From contig JBIKWN010000007.1 in the NCBI GenBank assembly GCA_044356295.1, positions 1 through 64,000 on the forward strand: a DNA stretch of 64,000 nucleotides, in the 5' to 3' direction. Shown piece by piece: positions 49,506-58,762 of the stretch. The notes under the pieces are model-generated. The model was not told the origin of the DNA and made no database searches. It worked only from the letters and a program-made list of their open reading frames with translations. The DNA comes from Bdellovibrionota bacterium. GTDB lineage: Bacteria; Bdellovibrionota_C; UBA2361; JBIKWN01. How positions within the stretch are numbered: position 1 is the first letter of the stretch; each line of letters opens with the position of its first letter. The position numbers and the translations under genes are program-made.

Positions 49506-50646
49506 CATCTGAATGAACGACAGGTTTTAAAAATATCTGTATGTCTGAAATAAGATCCGTAAGATGAGAATGGCTTGTGTAGTCAATAGCCTCGAATGTA
49601 AGTAATTTATGAATAGCATCGGTCATAGGGTCCCTACGCTGGTCGTACCCCATAAAAAGACTTTTTACCTTAGAATGGATTCTTTCTTTTCCGTTATCTG
49701 ACTTACAACCTGATTTAGCAGCTCTATATTCAGATAAAGCATGCCTAGAGTTTGCTACAGTGTCAGCAATTTTAACGACCAGTGAAAATAGATCAGTTTC
49801 TCGATTAGAATTATTTTCATTAGCTGCTTTTACACAGAGCATTCTAAATTCATCTGTCTTTTTTTGATTTTTCTCTTCAGAGCACATGTCTGTGGTATGT
49901 ACAGTAAGTTGTTGTACTGAATCTACAATTTGTTTTCTTTCTTCCTCAGTGAGCCATGAAATATTTTCAAGGGTTTGATTCAAGAATTTTGCGTCAGCAG
50001 CCTCACGAGCATCTTCGCAGACATCATGGAGACCTGCTATCAAAAGGAGCTGTGCAAGTTTTTTTTGCTCGAGCTGTAAAGGATTTTTTTCAGCAAGGAT
50101 AAGAATAACATCCCAAAGATGCGACTCGTAAGCAGCGCCACCAAATTTTCGAATCGATTTCGCAGGAGATTCTCTATGAACTATATCAGAGGCTTTTTGA
50201 ACAACCGATGAAATATCATTTACAAGAGTATCATTATTTTTCAAACCTTGAGAGTCTCTAAAATAACGATTGAAAATGAGCGTTAACTTATTCATGCCAT
50301 CTTGATGCGTATTTCTACGAAGAGTATTAAGCATTGTTTTTTTTAATTCATCTGATGTTTCAGATGAATTAAAAGTTTTAAGCTGCTCTTCTGTAAACTT
50401 TACGCCAATCAAAAAAGATTGATACTTTTTTGATAATTCAGAAGCTGCAAACGAGAATCCAGTTTTTTGAAATTTGTCTATAACCGCGCGTGCTGCACCG
50501 CTTGATGGTGTATCTTGCAAAGTAAAAAAACCAGTTGTAGCTGGAACAGCTTGTTGTAAAATAGTGGGGGGAGTTTTCGAAATTCGAAGGGGTCTGGAAT
50601 CAGCACCTCCACCTCCGTATCCATCAAAAATAGAATCAAAAGACAT
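49465..50646 (-). CDS. HD-domain protein resembling Mesh1/RelA-SpoT hydrolase domain, with about 140-aa N-terminal extension
   Basis: RKFGGAAYESHLWDV, AGLHDVCED, VQQLT, VVKIADTVAN match R.G.PY..H..V / LLHD..ED / V..LT / VK.AD...N. Confidence 0.65.
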   Translation of the reverse strand: MSFDSIFDGYGGGGADSRPLRISKTPPTILQQAVPATTGFFTLQDTPSSGAARAVIDKFQKTGFSFAASELSKKYQSFLIGVKFTEEQLKTFNSSETSDELKKTMLNTLRRNTHQDGMNKLTLIFNRYFRDSQGLKNNDTLVNDISSVVQKASDIVHRESPAKSIRKFGGAAYESHLWDVILILAEKNPLQLEQKKLAQLLLIAGLHDVCEDAREAADAKFLNQTLENISWLTEEERKQIVDSVQQLTVHTTDMCSEEKNQKKTDEFRMLCVKAANENNSNRETDLFSLVVKIADTVANSRHALSEYRAAKSGCKSDNGKERIHSKVKSLFMGYDQRRDPMTDAIHKLLTFEAIDYTSHSHLTDLISDIQIFLKPVVHSDAKNKTQIVFSVPQ

Positions 50647-50891
50647 GAGAAGACTTTAAAAAAATATAAAATTCTTACTGAAAAAAAACGGTGCAAGTGT
50701 ACTACTAACGACCTACTGACTCTTAAATAACCTCGGCTATTCAAACAAAAACTTGGAAATCTGCTAGGAAATAATCCTAGAGCAGCCCAAAAAGATACAA
50801 TTTCTTTACATCCTATACAACGGTTTTCAACAACTAAACGGACGTAGCGCCAAGTAAGGCGGGTAAAACATCGATTTGATTAAGGAAAATC

Positions 50892-51539
50892 ATGTCCAAA
50901 GAGAAGAAAATAACGGATTTACAGCTTATAAAGGCGTTTAACCAGGGTTCAACTGACGCATTTGAAGAGATTTTATCCAGGTATCAAGAAAAGGCTTTTA
51001 ATCTTGCTATGCGGTTTGTAAAAAACCAAGAAGATGCAGAAGAGGTGCTTCAAGATGTTTTTACAACACTGTACCGTAAACTGCATGCATTTGAAGGTAA
51101 ATCTGCCTTCTCAAGTTGGCTTTACCGCATTGTTGTGAATGCTTCTTTTATGAAGCTTCGTAAAAAACGACAGACTCCAACATCACATTTAGAGGATCTT
51201 TCTCCAATTGTACAAGCAACAGTGCTTGAACGTGAAGAGATGATGCCTGAGAAAACAGATACATTCACAGTCGCACGTGAGATACGTGAGTCCCTACAGT
51301 TAGCTATTAGCAAATTACCAGATGAATATCGTTCAGTGTTTGTTCTAAGAGACGTTGATGGTTTATCAAATCAAGAAGTAGGTGAAATTTTATCTCTAAC
51401 CATTCCTGCAGTGAAATCAAGATTACACCGTTCACGTTTGATGCTTCGAAAGAAACTGATCCGTTTTTATGAGGAGTTTTATGGAACAAAGTATGTTCCA
51501 ACGGACGATATGAACCTGGATAGCTTTGATGAACTATAA
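50892..51539 (+). CDS. ECF sigma factor (RpoE/SigW-like)
   Basis: DAEEVLQDVF, F.GKSAFSSWLYRIVVN, LPDEYRSVFVLRDVDGLS..EV..IL.....AVKSRLHRSR. Confidence 0.93.
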   Translation: MSKEKKITDLQLIKAFNQGSTDAFEEILSRYQEKAFNLAMRFVKNQEDAEEVLQDVFTTLYRKLHAFEGKSAFSSWLYRIVVNASFMKLRKKRQTPTSHLEDLSPIVQATVLEREEMMPEKTDTFTVAREIRESLQLAISKLPDEYRSVFVLRDVDGLSNQEVGEILSLTIPAVKSRLHRSRLMLRKKLIRFYEEFYGTKYVPTDDMNLDSFDEL

Positions 51540-51752
51540 GAGAAGAATTTAAATGCTTAAAAAAGAATAACTCTTTACGTGGAGTTCTTTCAAGATACGA
51601 TTTTTACTTTGCAAACGTGTTCAGGAATAGAATTATTGTTTTATTGTTTGTTCTATATTTAAGAAATTTTTTTTAAACCAATAAAAAAGCTGTTGTCATA
51701 ATTCACTTCTTCATTTAATTTGGTAATAGGTTATCAAATCTTGGGGGAGAGT

Positions 51753-52184
51753 ATGAATTTTCTTACCATTGAGGTTTCAGATCCTCAGGTTTCCGGTGGT
51801 GCCATTACACTTTGCGGCGGTTCTTTAGACGGCGAACTCTTTTCATCAGGCTCTGCTGTTTTTGTACGGGGGGATAACGTAACGTTTCAAAAGAAGTATA
51901 AAAAAAACCTACCTTCATTACATCCTGTAGAACCTCTTCCCACAGAAGAGGTAAACCAAAATAGCGCTGTAACACTTAGTAACGATATTTTCGTTCATGG
52001 GTTTTGGGTTTTACATCGAACTATTGTAAGAGGATTCCCTGCTGTAATCTGTAGTTACTTCAATAAACGAACCCAATCTATTGAGCAGCGATATCAAAAG
52101 ATTTTCTATAAACCTGGAAGATACTGCTGTGGTCCACGGTTCCACAAAAAGAGTTTTTATCCTTCAACGAAAACTTCTTCTTAA
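51753..52184 (+). CDS. Hypothetical protein
   Basis: GGGGGAG RBS before ATG 51753 (ORF track start 51720); no family recognised. Confidence 0.45.
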   Translation: MNFLTIEVSDPQVSGGAITLCGGSLDGELFSSGSAVFVRGDNVTFQKKYKKNLPSLHPVEPLPTEEVNQNSAVTLSNDIFVHGFWVLHRTIVRGFPAVICSYFNKRTQSIEQRYQKIFYKPGRYCCGPRFHKKSFYPSTKTSS

Positions 52185-52241
52185 GTTGATTACATTGGTC
52201 TGTTTTAAGATGGAGTGTGGATTCTAACAACCAATACTCAA

Positions 52242-52568
52242 TTATTCTTTGATTTTTAATACTTTTATAAGTTTATCTCTGATTTCAGCGTTATCAAGAA
52301 TAATTTGGATAAATTGATTTTTTTCCTGGGCAGAAATCTGTGATTCCGAAGAGGTTTCTAGCAATACTCGATTAGCAATCTCCTCAACTGCTGCTTCAAT
52401 GGAGACAAACTCTTGGTTAAGCATTGAATCAATATGGTCACTCCAAAACTTATCGAGATCCGACATATCTCGACTCGCTGTTGAATCAAAGGGCTTTGTT
52501 GTGAATTCAGTTTTACGAATCGGAGTAGATACTGAAGTGATTTTTTTTGTATTCTCTTTTTTATTCAT
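52242..52568 (-). CDS. Hypothetical protein, last gene of T3SS-like operon
   Basis: 8-bp overlap with the TPR gene; disordered N-terminus, helical acidic C-terminus. Confidence 0.65.
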   Translation of the reverse strand: MNKKENTKKITSVSTPIRKTEFTTKPFDSTASRDMSDLDKFWSDHIDSMLNQEFVSIEAAVEEIANRVLLETSSESQISAQEKNQFIQIILDNAEIRDKLIKVLKIKE

Positions 52569-53115
52569 TTCTATACACGCTTACTTTACTTAAATTATGA
52601 AGAATTGATGGCTCAGGCTGCAAGACAAGAGCTTCTTCTAAATATTGTTTCGCTCTTATTTTATTAAAGTTTCCACCTTTTTCATAAGAAAGAGCAGCAA
52701 GATTATTTCTTGCTGCTACATCGCTTGGATCAATCGCTGTGGCTTTTTGATATAGATGTTGCGCTACTTTCTTATTTCCTTGCTGGTCATAAAGATATGC
52801 ATACCGATTTGCAAGTGGCTCATAACTTGGAAACCATTCATTCAGCGAATCAAGAATACTTTTAGCCTGTGTATATTTTCCTGCACGCAGATACGTACAA
52901 GCAAGCCCATCATAACCTTCTGGTGTCGCTTGATGTTCTAACGCCATCTGAAAACTTGCTTCTGATAAAGAATATTGTCCAAGCTCAAGAAATGCGACAC
53001 CTCTATCAATCAGTTGCTGTGTTTGGAAATCAGGAGTTTCTCGAACATAGGTCCCACAACCTAATAGTGCGCCCATTACTATGACCAGTATGCTATGCGG
53101 CAAGGAGCAATTCAT
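52561..53115 (-). CDS. TPR-repeat lipoprotein
   Basis: Lipobox LLGC; TPR-type G.A.L..G.Y..S...F..AL, Y..A..IDP....ARNNLA. Confidence 0.8.
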   Translation of the reverse strand: MNCSLPHSILVIVMGALLGCGTYVRETPDFQTQQLIDRGVAFLELGQYSLSEASFQMALEHQATPEGYDGLACTYLRAGKYTQAKSILDSLNEWFPSYEPLANRYAYLYDQQGNKKVAQHLYQKATAIDPSDVAARNNLAALSYEKGGNFNKIRAKQYLEEALVLQPEPSILHNLSKVSVYRNE

Positions 53116-54955
53116 CTTCTACCTCCACATCTTTTTTTTCTATTGATATTTTCGATACTACTTCTAAATTCAAATGAGGCATAACTTCCGTATGAGTCAT
53201 TACTGGAATTATACACCCATAAGCTCGCAACCATTCTGAGATAGGCCTTCGAATTGATTTTGGTACAAGCAAGCAATCAATCGAAGGTGCAAGATGTTGC
53301 AATGAAGCTTTCAATGAAAGTATTACTGAAACATCAATTACTCCATCAATCCATGGAAGCGATTCATAGCAATCATTTAAGAGAGCTACACGAAGAACAT
53401 CATCAGGCATCTGAGTAGAACGCTTGCCTATAATTCCAGCACACAGATAGCGCTTCATATAACTTCTTAGTTCCTCGGATAATGGTTTATCGACTCCAGA
53501 TCTGTCATGGAGTTCAGCGATGCCTTGTAAAACCACATCAAATGGGCGAAGCGATATTTCCTCTTGAGCTAGTGCACGAAGTACTTCAGTAAAGCGGGTA
53601 AGACTAACAATATGAGGCACCACCGTCGTTGCAAGCTCAGTCATTTGTGGCTCATGGAAATCCAATAACTTCCTCGCCGTAGTATCATCAATAAGCTCTG
53701 TTCTATTAGTAAGGCAAAAAACTGTGATCATTTCTTGCAACAATTCTATTTGATCAACGGTTAAAAGTCTTTTTATTACAACAACACCTCTCACTTCAAG
53801 CACAACATAATCTTCTTGATGTACTTCTATTGGAACACTTGAAAGTAGTATTCCCGAGCTTTCAAAAACATTCTTTCGTGCATTTTCTATTTGTTGTTTT
53901 GCAGGCAAACCAATTAAAACTTTAGGCATTCGTATGAGCAATAGTGGCACTGCCTTAGGTTGAAATGGTAAAATGATAGTATCGTTCATTGCTGGAATTA
54001 CTTCTTGAGATTTTACAAATTGCAATAAGAAAAGTAGCCCTGCAGAGATAATAAGTGCAAGTTTAGGAAAACCAGGAATGCAAGCAATTCCTAACAGAAT
54101 ACATGCTCCTATTCGTAACATGATTTTCGATCGAACAACTTGATCAATTAATTCAATACTGAGACTTGCATTTTTACCCCCTGCTACTCGAGTTACAACT
54201 AATCCCGCTGCTAATGAATTAAGAAGCGAAGGAATTTGAGAAGCTATTCCATCACCGACAGTCAATACAGAGTAATGATGAATCGTATCAGCAAACGACA
54301 TACCACTCATTATTCCAGTCAGAACGCCGCCTATGCCGTTAATGACAACGATACACATAGCAGCAATCGCATCACCTTTAACAAATTTCATAGCGCCATC
54401 GAGGGCACCGTAAAATCTGGATTCAAGTTGTAAATCTTGTCTTTTTTGACGAGCTGTTTGCATATCATACAAACCTGCTCGTACATCAGCATCAATCGCC
54501 ATTTGCTTTCCAGGGAGCGCATCCAAAGTAAAACGTGCAGCAACTTCTGCAACTCGTTCACTCCCCTTTGCTACAACTATAAACTGTATCAATGAGAGCA
54601 TAATAAAAATTATTATCCCTACTCCGACGCTTCCTCCAAGAACAAAAGAACCAAACGACTCAATAACATTTCCTCCCACACCATAGGTGAGGATCATTCT
54701 TGTCGAAGTTACATTCAGACAAAGGCGAAATAAGGTACTGAGAAGTAAAATAGTAGGAAGCGATGAGAGCTGCAATGAATCCGTTAATTGCAGGGTTACT
54801 ACAACTAATCCAATAGCTATAATAAAGTTCAGAACCAATAAAATATCTAATAAAAATACTGGTAGCGGCACCAAAAGTGAAGCCACTACCAGCATAATGA
54901 TTGCGGGAAATATATATTCTCTAATCGATACAAACGACGAAGTCATTTTATCCAA
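53093..54955 (-). CDS. sctV: FHIPEP-family type III export gate, SctV-like
   Basis: PT.LLLSTLFRL.LNV.STR.IL; KGSERVAEVAARFTLDALPGKQMAIDAD; DGAMKFVKGDA (SctV-type rather than FlhA DGASKFV.GDA); divergent cytoplasmic domain. Confidence 0.85.
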   Translation of the reverse strand: MDKMTSSFVSIREYIFPAIIMLVVASLLVPLPVFLLDILLVLNFIIAIGLVVVTLQLTDSLQLSSLPTILLLSTLFRLCLNVTSTRMILTYGVGGNVIESFGSFVLGGSVGVGIIIFIMLSLIQFIVVAKGSERVAEVAARFTLDALPGKQMAIDADVRAGLYDMQTARQKRQDLQLESRFYGALDGAMKFVKGDAIAAMCIVVINGIGGVLTGIMSGMSFADTIHHYSVLTVGDGIASQIPSLLNSLAAGLVVTRVAGGKNASLSIELIDQVVRSKIMLRIGACILLGIACIPGFPKLALIISAGLLFLLQFVKSQEVIPAMNDTIILPFQPKAVPLLLIRMPKVLIGLPAKQQIENARKNVFESSGILLSSVPIEVHQEDYVVLEVRGVVVIKRLLTVDQIELLQEMITVFCLTNRTELIDDTTARKLLDFHEPQMTELATTVVPHIVSLTRFTEVLRALAQEEISLRPFDVVLQGIAELHDRSGVDKPLSEELRSYMKRYLCAGIIGKRSTQMPDDVLRVALLNDCYESLPWIDGVIDVSVILSLKASLQHLAPSIDCLLVPKSIRRPISEWLRAYGCIIPVMTHTEVMPHLNLEVVSKISIEKKDVEVEDELLLAA

Positions 54956-55247
54956 CTCTAATATTTCTTACTGGTGCCATTTGAGCTTCATGTTTTGACT
55001 TCAAAACGTTCGATACCATCGACACTTCCATCATCTCCTTCTGCATTTGCATCTGCAGTCCAATCAAATTCGAATAATCCCCGGTTACACCAGTTGCTGC
55101 GGAGGAAGCAGCACCGGCAACTCCTCCTAAAAGTGATTTTGCAAACTCCATTGCTTGAGAGTAAGCAGTACTTACAGCTGGCTTAGGAGGAATTCTTTCC
55201 ATCGGGTCAAACACTTGGGAAGGCTTTTCGAGCGAAACAGTAGTCAT
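54948..55247 (-). CDS. Small needle/inner-rod-like (SctF/SctI-like) protein
   Basis: 99 aa; C-terminal LIGLQMQMQKE....SMVSNVLKSKHEAQMAPVRNIR resembles the needle-subunit C-terminal helix; located between sctQ-like and sctV. Confidence 0.5.
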   Translation of the reverse strand: MTTVSLEKPSQVFDPMERIPPKPAVSTAYSQAMEFAKSLLGGVAGAASSAATGVTGDYSNLIGLQMQMQKEMMEVSMVSNVLKSKHEAQMAPVRNIRVG

Positions 55248-55789
55248 ACATGATCCTTTAAAAAAATATTATCGAATATGGTTCGACAAGAATATTTTGA
55301 AAGTTTCTCAATTCGACCAACTATTTTTCCATTAATACAGGTAAACAACGCTCTGCCCAAAGGTAATCCATCTGCAAAAACATACGTTGTCATATTGTAA
55401 AAATTAGGAATTTTTAGATCTGTACCGCTTCCAATCCTTGAAAGATCTTCACAAGAAATCGTTTGTTGAAAAAGTGGCGCATGACAACGAATAGTTGGTA
55501 CACGTGGTTCAATCACAAGAAGCGGATCCAACTCAACGGTTGATAAAAGTAACGAATCGTTATCGACTAATCCCCGCAGAGAAAAAATACTACTCGATGT
55601 TTGTTCATACAATGTATGGACAAAAAACTGCTCAAAAAGAAGACTTTGCTGAAGGGTTATGACTGCCGATAACTTTAGATGATTTTTAAACATCGAGTTC
55701 TCTGGAACAATATCTTGCTCATCTTGCTGCTCGCCATAAGTCAAAATATCAATCCAAGCAGAAGGAATTTCTTCAATTGAGTTACACAC
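55244..55789 (-). CDS. Divergent SpoA-domain (FliM/FliN/SctQ-like) protein
   Basis: C-terminal EDLSRIGSGTDLKI...VFADGLPLGRALFTCINGKIVGRIEKL fits the SpoA pattern L..L..G..L.L...V.ANG..IG.GELV.I.G..GVRI. Confidence 0.55.
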   Translation of the reverse strand: MCNSIEEIPSAWIDILTYGEQQDEQDIVPENSMFKNHLKLSAVITLQQSLLFEQFFVHTLYEQTSSSIFSLRGLVDNDSLLLSTVELDPLLVIEPRVPTIRCHAPLFQQTISCEDLSRIGSGTDLKIPNFYNMTTYVFADGLPLGRALFTCINGKIVGRIEKLSKYSCRTIFDNIFLKDHV

Positions 55790-56519
55790 GAAGCCCCCTA
55801 CTTCGACGAGAAACTACCATCATAAAAACGCCTATTATTGCGACAATTGCAGCTAAAAACGCATCCATCCCTCTAAAAATTCCCTTATCGCCAAATAATG
55901 TCTGATTAATTTTTTCAATGACTTTTTGATCAGTATGTATAGATTTTTGAACTGCTATATCTTCATTTTTAATAATTACTTCGATGGTATTTATTGTAAT
56001 GCCGCTTGCTCCCGAGACGAGCTTCTTAATTTCATCTTGGGTTACTGCACATGTTCGTGCGCACTGCAGAACGACACTGGCAGAACTTTTAGTTGCGCCT
56101 TGTGAACCAGTAAATTCACTCATAACAGTATGAGGATCCGACGAATTCAGAAAAAGACGAACATCGAGGACTCCTCCAAAACTTTTTAATGTATCCTCTA
56201 TGTTTCTAATTAATGATCGCTCTTGAATCCGGCGTTCTGATTCAGCCGAAGGGAATAAACTATCCCTTGAATCGTCACTACTACTTTTATCTGGAAGCAA
56301 CCGATACTGAGATACTATTTTTCTTGCACTCATTTGATAGTCAGCTTCGACTAATAATCGAATTTGAGATGCTCCTTGTTGCTCTTGAGAAACAGGAATA
56401 CCTGCATCTGATAATAGCAAAACGATACGATTGGCATCCTTGACGGTTACATCTCTGGCAAGTTCTTGACGACATCCAAGCAACGTCATCAATGAGATAC
56501 ATACTATGATTATTTTCAT
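55782..56519 (-). CDS. sctJ: Type III secretion inner-membrane ring lipoprotein, SctJ/YscJ-like
   Basis: Lipobox LLGC; EL......DANRIV.LL..AGI; SLFPS...ER; IE.TL..F.GVLDVR; SASVV; IK.LVSGA; C-terminal TM. Confidence 0.82.
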   Translation of the reverse strand: MKIIIVCISLMTLLGCRQELARDVTVKDANRIVLLLSDAGIPVSQEQQGASQIRLLVEADYQMSARKIVSQYRLLPDKSSSDDSRDSLFPSAESERRIQERSLIRNIEDTLKSFGGVLDVRLFLNSSDPHTVMSEFTGSQGATKSSASVVLQCARTCAVTQDEIKKLVSGASGITINTIEVIIKNEDIAVQKSIHTDQKVIEKINQTLFGDKGIFRGMDAFLAAIVAIIGVFMMVVSRRSRGLRV

Positions 56520-57223
56520 ATATCTCCTGATTTCATTTTTTTTCTTAGCAGATCAGCAAGCTGATCGAGCGCACGACTATGAAGCCTACTTACCCACGAT
56601 TTAGAAAGTTCGGGGCGAAGTTTGATAATTTCTTGAAAACTAAGACCATCAAAGTAATGTTTCTCTACAATAAATCTTTCTTTTTCAGGTAAGCTCCTGA
56701 CAACTTTCCTCATCTCTTCCGTTTTTTCAAGTTTAAGTATTGCTGCTTCTGCAGAAGGATACTGCTCGGCTTTTTGTTCGAGCAGATCTTCAGGGTTTGA
56801 ACCGTGCATTCGAATTGCTAAAAATCCACGAGCTGTGAATGAAAATATTTTACTTAAAATTTCCCGATCACTGTTACTAGCTTCAGCAATCGAAGTAACT
56901 AAATCTTCCTCGACTACTTGAAGCGAACGGACAGCTTTAAGAACATGATATGAGGTGCCTCGGACTTCTGAACTGCGGCGTATCAGATCCAGCACTGCCC
57001 CCCTGACTCTGCGATGGGCAAAACCCTCAAAAGACACCCCATGGGACTCATCAAACCGCTCAGAAGCCTCAATAAGCCCCATATAACCAGCTGAGAGATA
57101 CTCATCTAGGTCTTCACGCTTTAAACCAAACCTTTGGATCACTGCCAAAACCACCCTTTTAACGAATGGGTCATATTTTTCGATGAGCGTTTCTCTTGGA
57201 TCAGACATTTGCACTGCAAGCAT
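56516..57223 (-). CDS. FliA/WhiG-like group 3 sigma factor
   Basis: DEYLSAGYMGLIEASERFD...GVSF..FA..RVRGAVLD..R; region 4 LPEKER......YF..LS..EI....LSKSWVSRLH.RAL. Confidence 0.88.
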   Translation of the reverse strand: MLAVQMSDPRETLIEKYDPFVKRVVLAVIQRFGLKREDLDEYLSAGYMGLIEASERFDESHGVSFEGFAHRRVRGAVLDLIRRSSEVRGTSYHVLKAVRSLQVVEEDLVTSIAEASNSDREILSKIFSFTARGFLAIRMHGSNPEDLLEQKAEQYPSAEAAILKLEKTEEMRKVVRSLPEKERFIVEKHYFDGLSFQEIIKLRPELSKSWVSRLHSRALDQLADLLRKKMKSGDI

Positions 57224-57415
57224 ACAAATAATTCGTAGTTAAGTTCTAAAAAGTTTCCTAAAAAATACCTAATATTTTCAAAAAGATATCTGGCTTTAGA
57301 AATTGAGCCTAAAAATAATTTGCATTATGCCAACTTAATTTTGCTCCCAAATATACAGACACTGGCTTTTTCGAGCGAAACCTACTCTTACACCGCAGAA
57401 GTAAAAGGAAGTTTC

Positions 57416-58762
57416 ATGAAGTACATATCAAGGAAGGTTGTATTGGGAATTGGGTTAGCGCTCTTCTCTGCAACTGGACTCCTCCAAGCTGAAGAATGCA
57501 AAAAAGATAGCGTTGTCTTGCAACATCTTCACCGCACAGCTAATCAACAAGAAGTCAAAGATCTGAATAAAATTGTTCATTTTTCACATCGCTCTGGTCG
57601 CGCATTGGTTGGTGAATTAGCAAGACGTTCCAGTAACCACGGACAAGATGTTTCTTGTAATGAAGTTGAAAACGCTTGTCGTAAACTTGTTCGTGAATCT
57701 CGTAAAGGTGGATTTTCAAACTTTCGAAGAGCAAAAAGTTTTGCCTGCAGTGCTAACTATAAAGTGTATACAACGGGGAATAAAAAACGTTGGAAAAGTC
57801 CAATCAATGATCCTCTTGGCAAACAACTACGATATGCCATTGATTCATTAAATCTTTCACGTGCATGGCAGATAACAAATGGTTCTGAAGACGTAGTAGT
57901 TGCAGTCATTGATACAGGAGTCGATTATACTCACCCTGATTTAGCTCAAAATATTCTTCCTGGAAAAAACTTTGCGATTGGACTTTCAAGTGAAGATCCT
58001 CGGTCAAATGATCCAATGGATGATAATGGTCATGGAACTCATGTTAGTGGAACGATTGCTGCAGTGGGGAATAATAGAATCGGTGTAGCCGGAGTTGCAT
58101 GGAATACTAAAATACTTCCATTAAAATTCTTAAATGAAAGTGGCTCAGGATATTTATCCGATGCAGTGCGTGCTATTAACTATATGGTTTATGCCAAACA
58201 AAATCTTGGTATGAATATAAAGGTTTCAAATAATTCATGGGGTGGCGGTAGTTTTAGCGATAGCCTCTATGCAGCAATTTCGATGGCAAATGATGCAGGT
58301 ATTCTTTTTATTGCTGCAGCAGGAAATGATGCAAATGACAATGATGAGTATCCATCCTATCCAGCAAGCTATAAATTACCGAATGTAACTAGTGTAGCAG
58401 CTTATGACGACACACTTTCATTGGCCTATTTCTCAAACTATGGAAAGAGAACAGTTGATATTGCAGCACCAGGATTAAGAATCGCGAGTGCTTATCCAGG
58501 TGGATATGCATTTCTTTCAGGAACTTCCATGGCAACTCCACATGTAAGTGGTGCCCTTGCATTACTCACATCTGCATATCCATCGTTAAGCGCACAGGAA
58601 CTGAAAGCAAGATTAATTGAAACTGCACGGTACAATTCTGAACTGAGAGGATATGTACGAGACGGCGCGCAACTCAACGTTCTCAATATGCTTCGTAACA
58701 GAACGTCTCAAAATTATGAGTCAGTTCGGCAATTAAAGTTAAAAGGAAAGCGCGGTGCTTAA
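57416..58762 (+). CDS. Secreted S8 subtilisin-like serine protease
   Basis: AAAGGA RBS and signal peptide from ATG 57416 (track start 57320); VAVIDTG / HGTHVSG / GTSMATPHV. Confidence 0.92.
   Translation: MKYISRKVVLGIGLALFSATGLLQAEECKKDSVVLQHLHRTANQQEVKDLNKIVHFSHRSGRALVGELARRSSNHGQDVSCNEVENACRKLVRESRKGGFSNFRRAKSFACSANYKVYTTGNKKRWKSPINDPLGKQLRYAIDSLNLSRAWQITNGSEDVVVAVIDTGVDYTHPDLAQNILPGKNFAIGLSSEDPRSNDPMDDNGHGTHVSGTIAAVGNNRIGVAGVAWNTKILPLKFLNESGSGYLSDAVRAINYMVYAKQNLGMNIKVSNNSWGGGSFSDSLYAAISMANDAGILFIAAAGNDANDNDEYPSYPASYKLPNVTSVAAYDDTLSLAYFSNYGKRTVDIAAPGLRIASAYPGGYAFLSGTSMATPHVSGALALLTSAYPSLSAQELKARLIETARYNSELRGYVRDGAQLNVLNMLRNRTSQNYESVRQLKLKGKRGA

Noticed and set aside
53093..54955. Calling the FHIPEP gene flagellar flhA
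   Set aside because: SctV-type DGAMKFVKGD motif, and neighbours are sctJ-like rather than flhB/flhF; a tree is still needed to be sure
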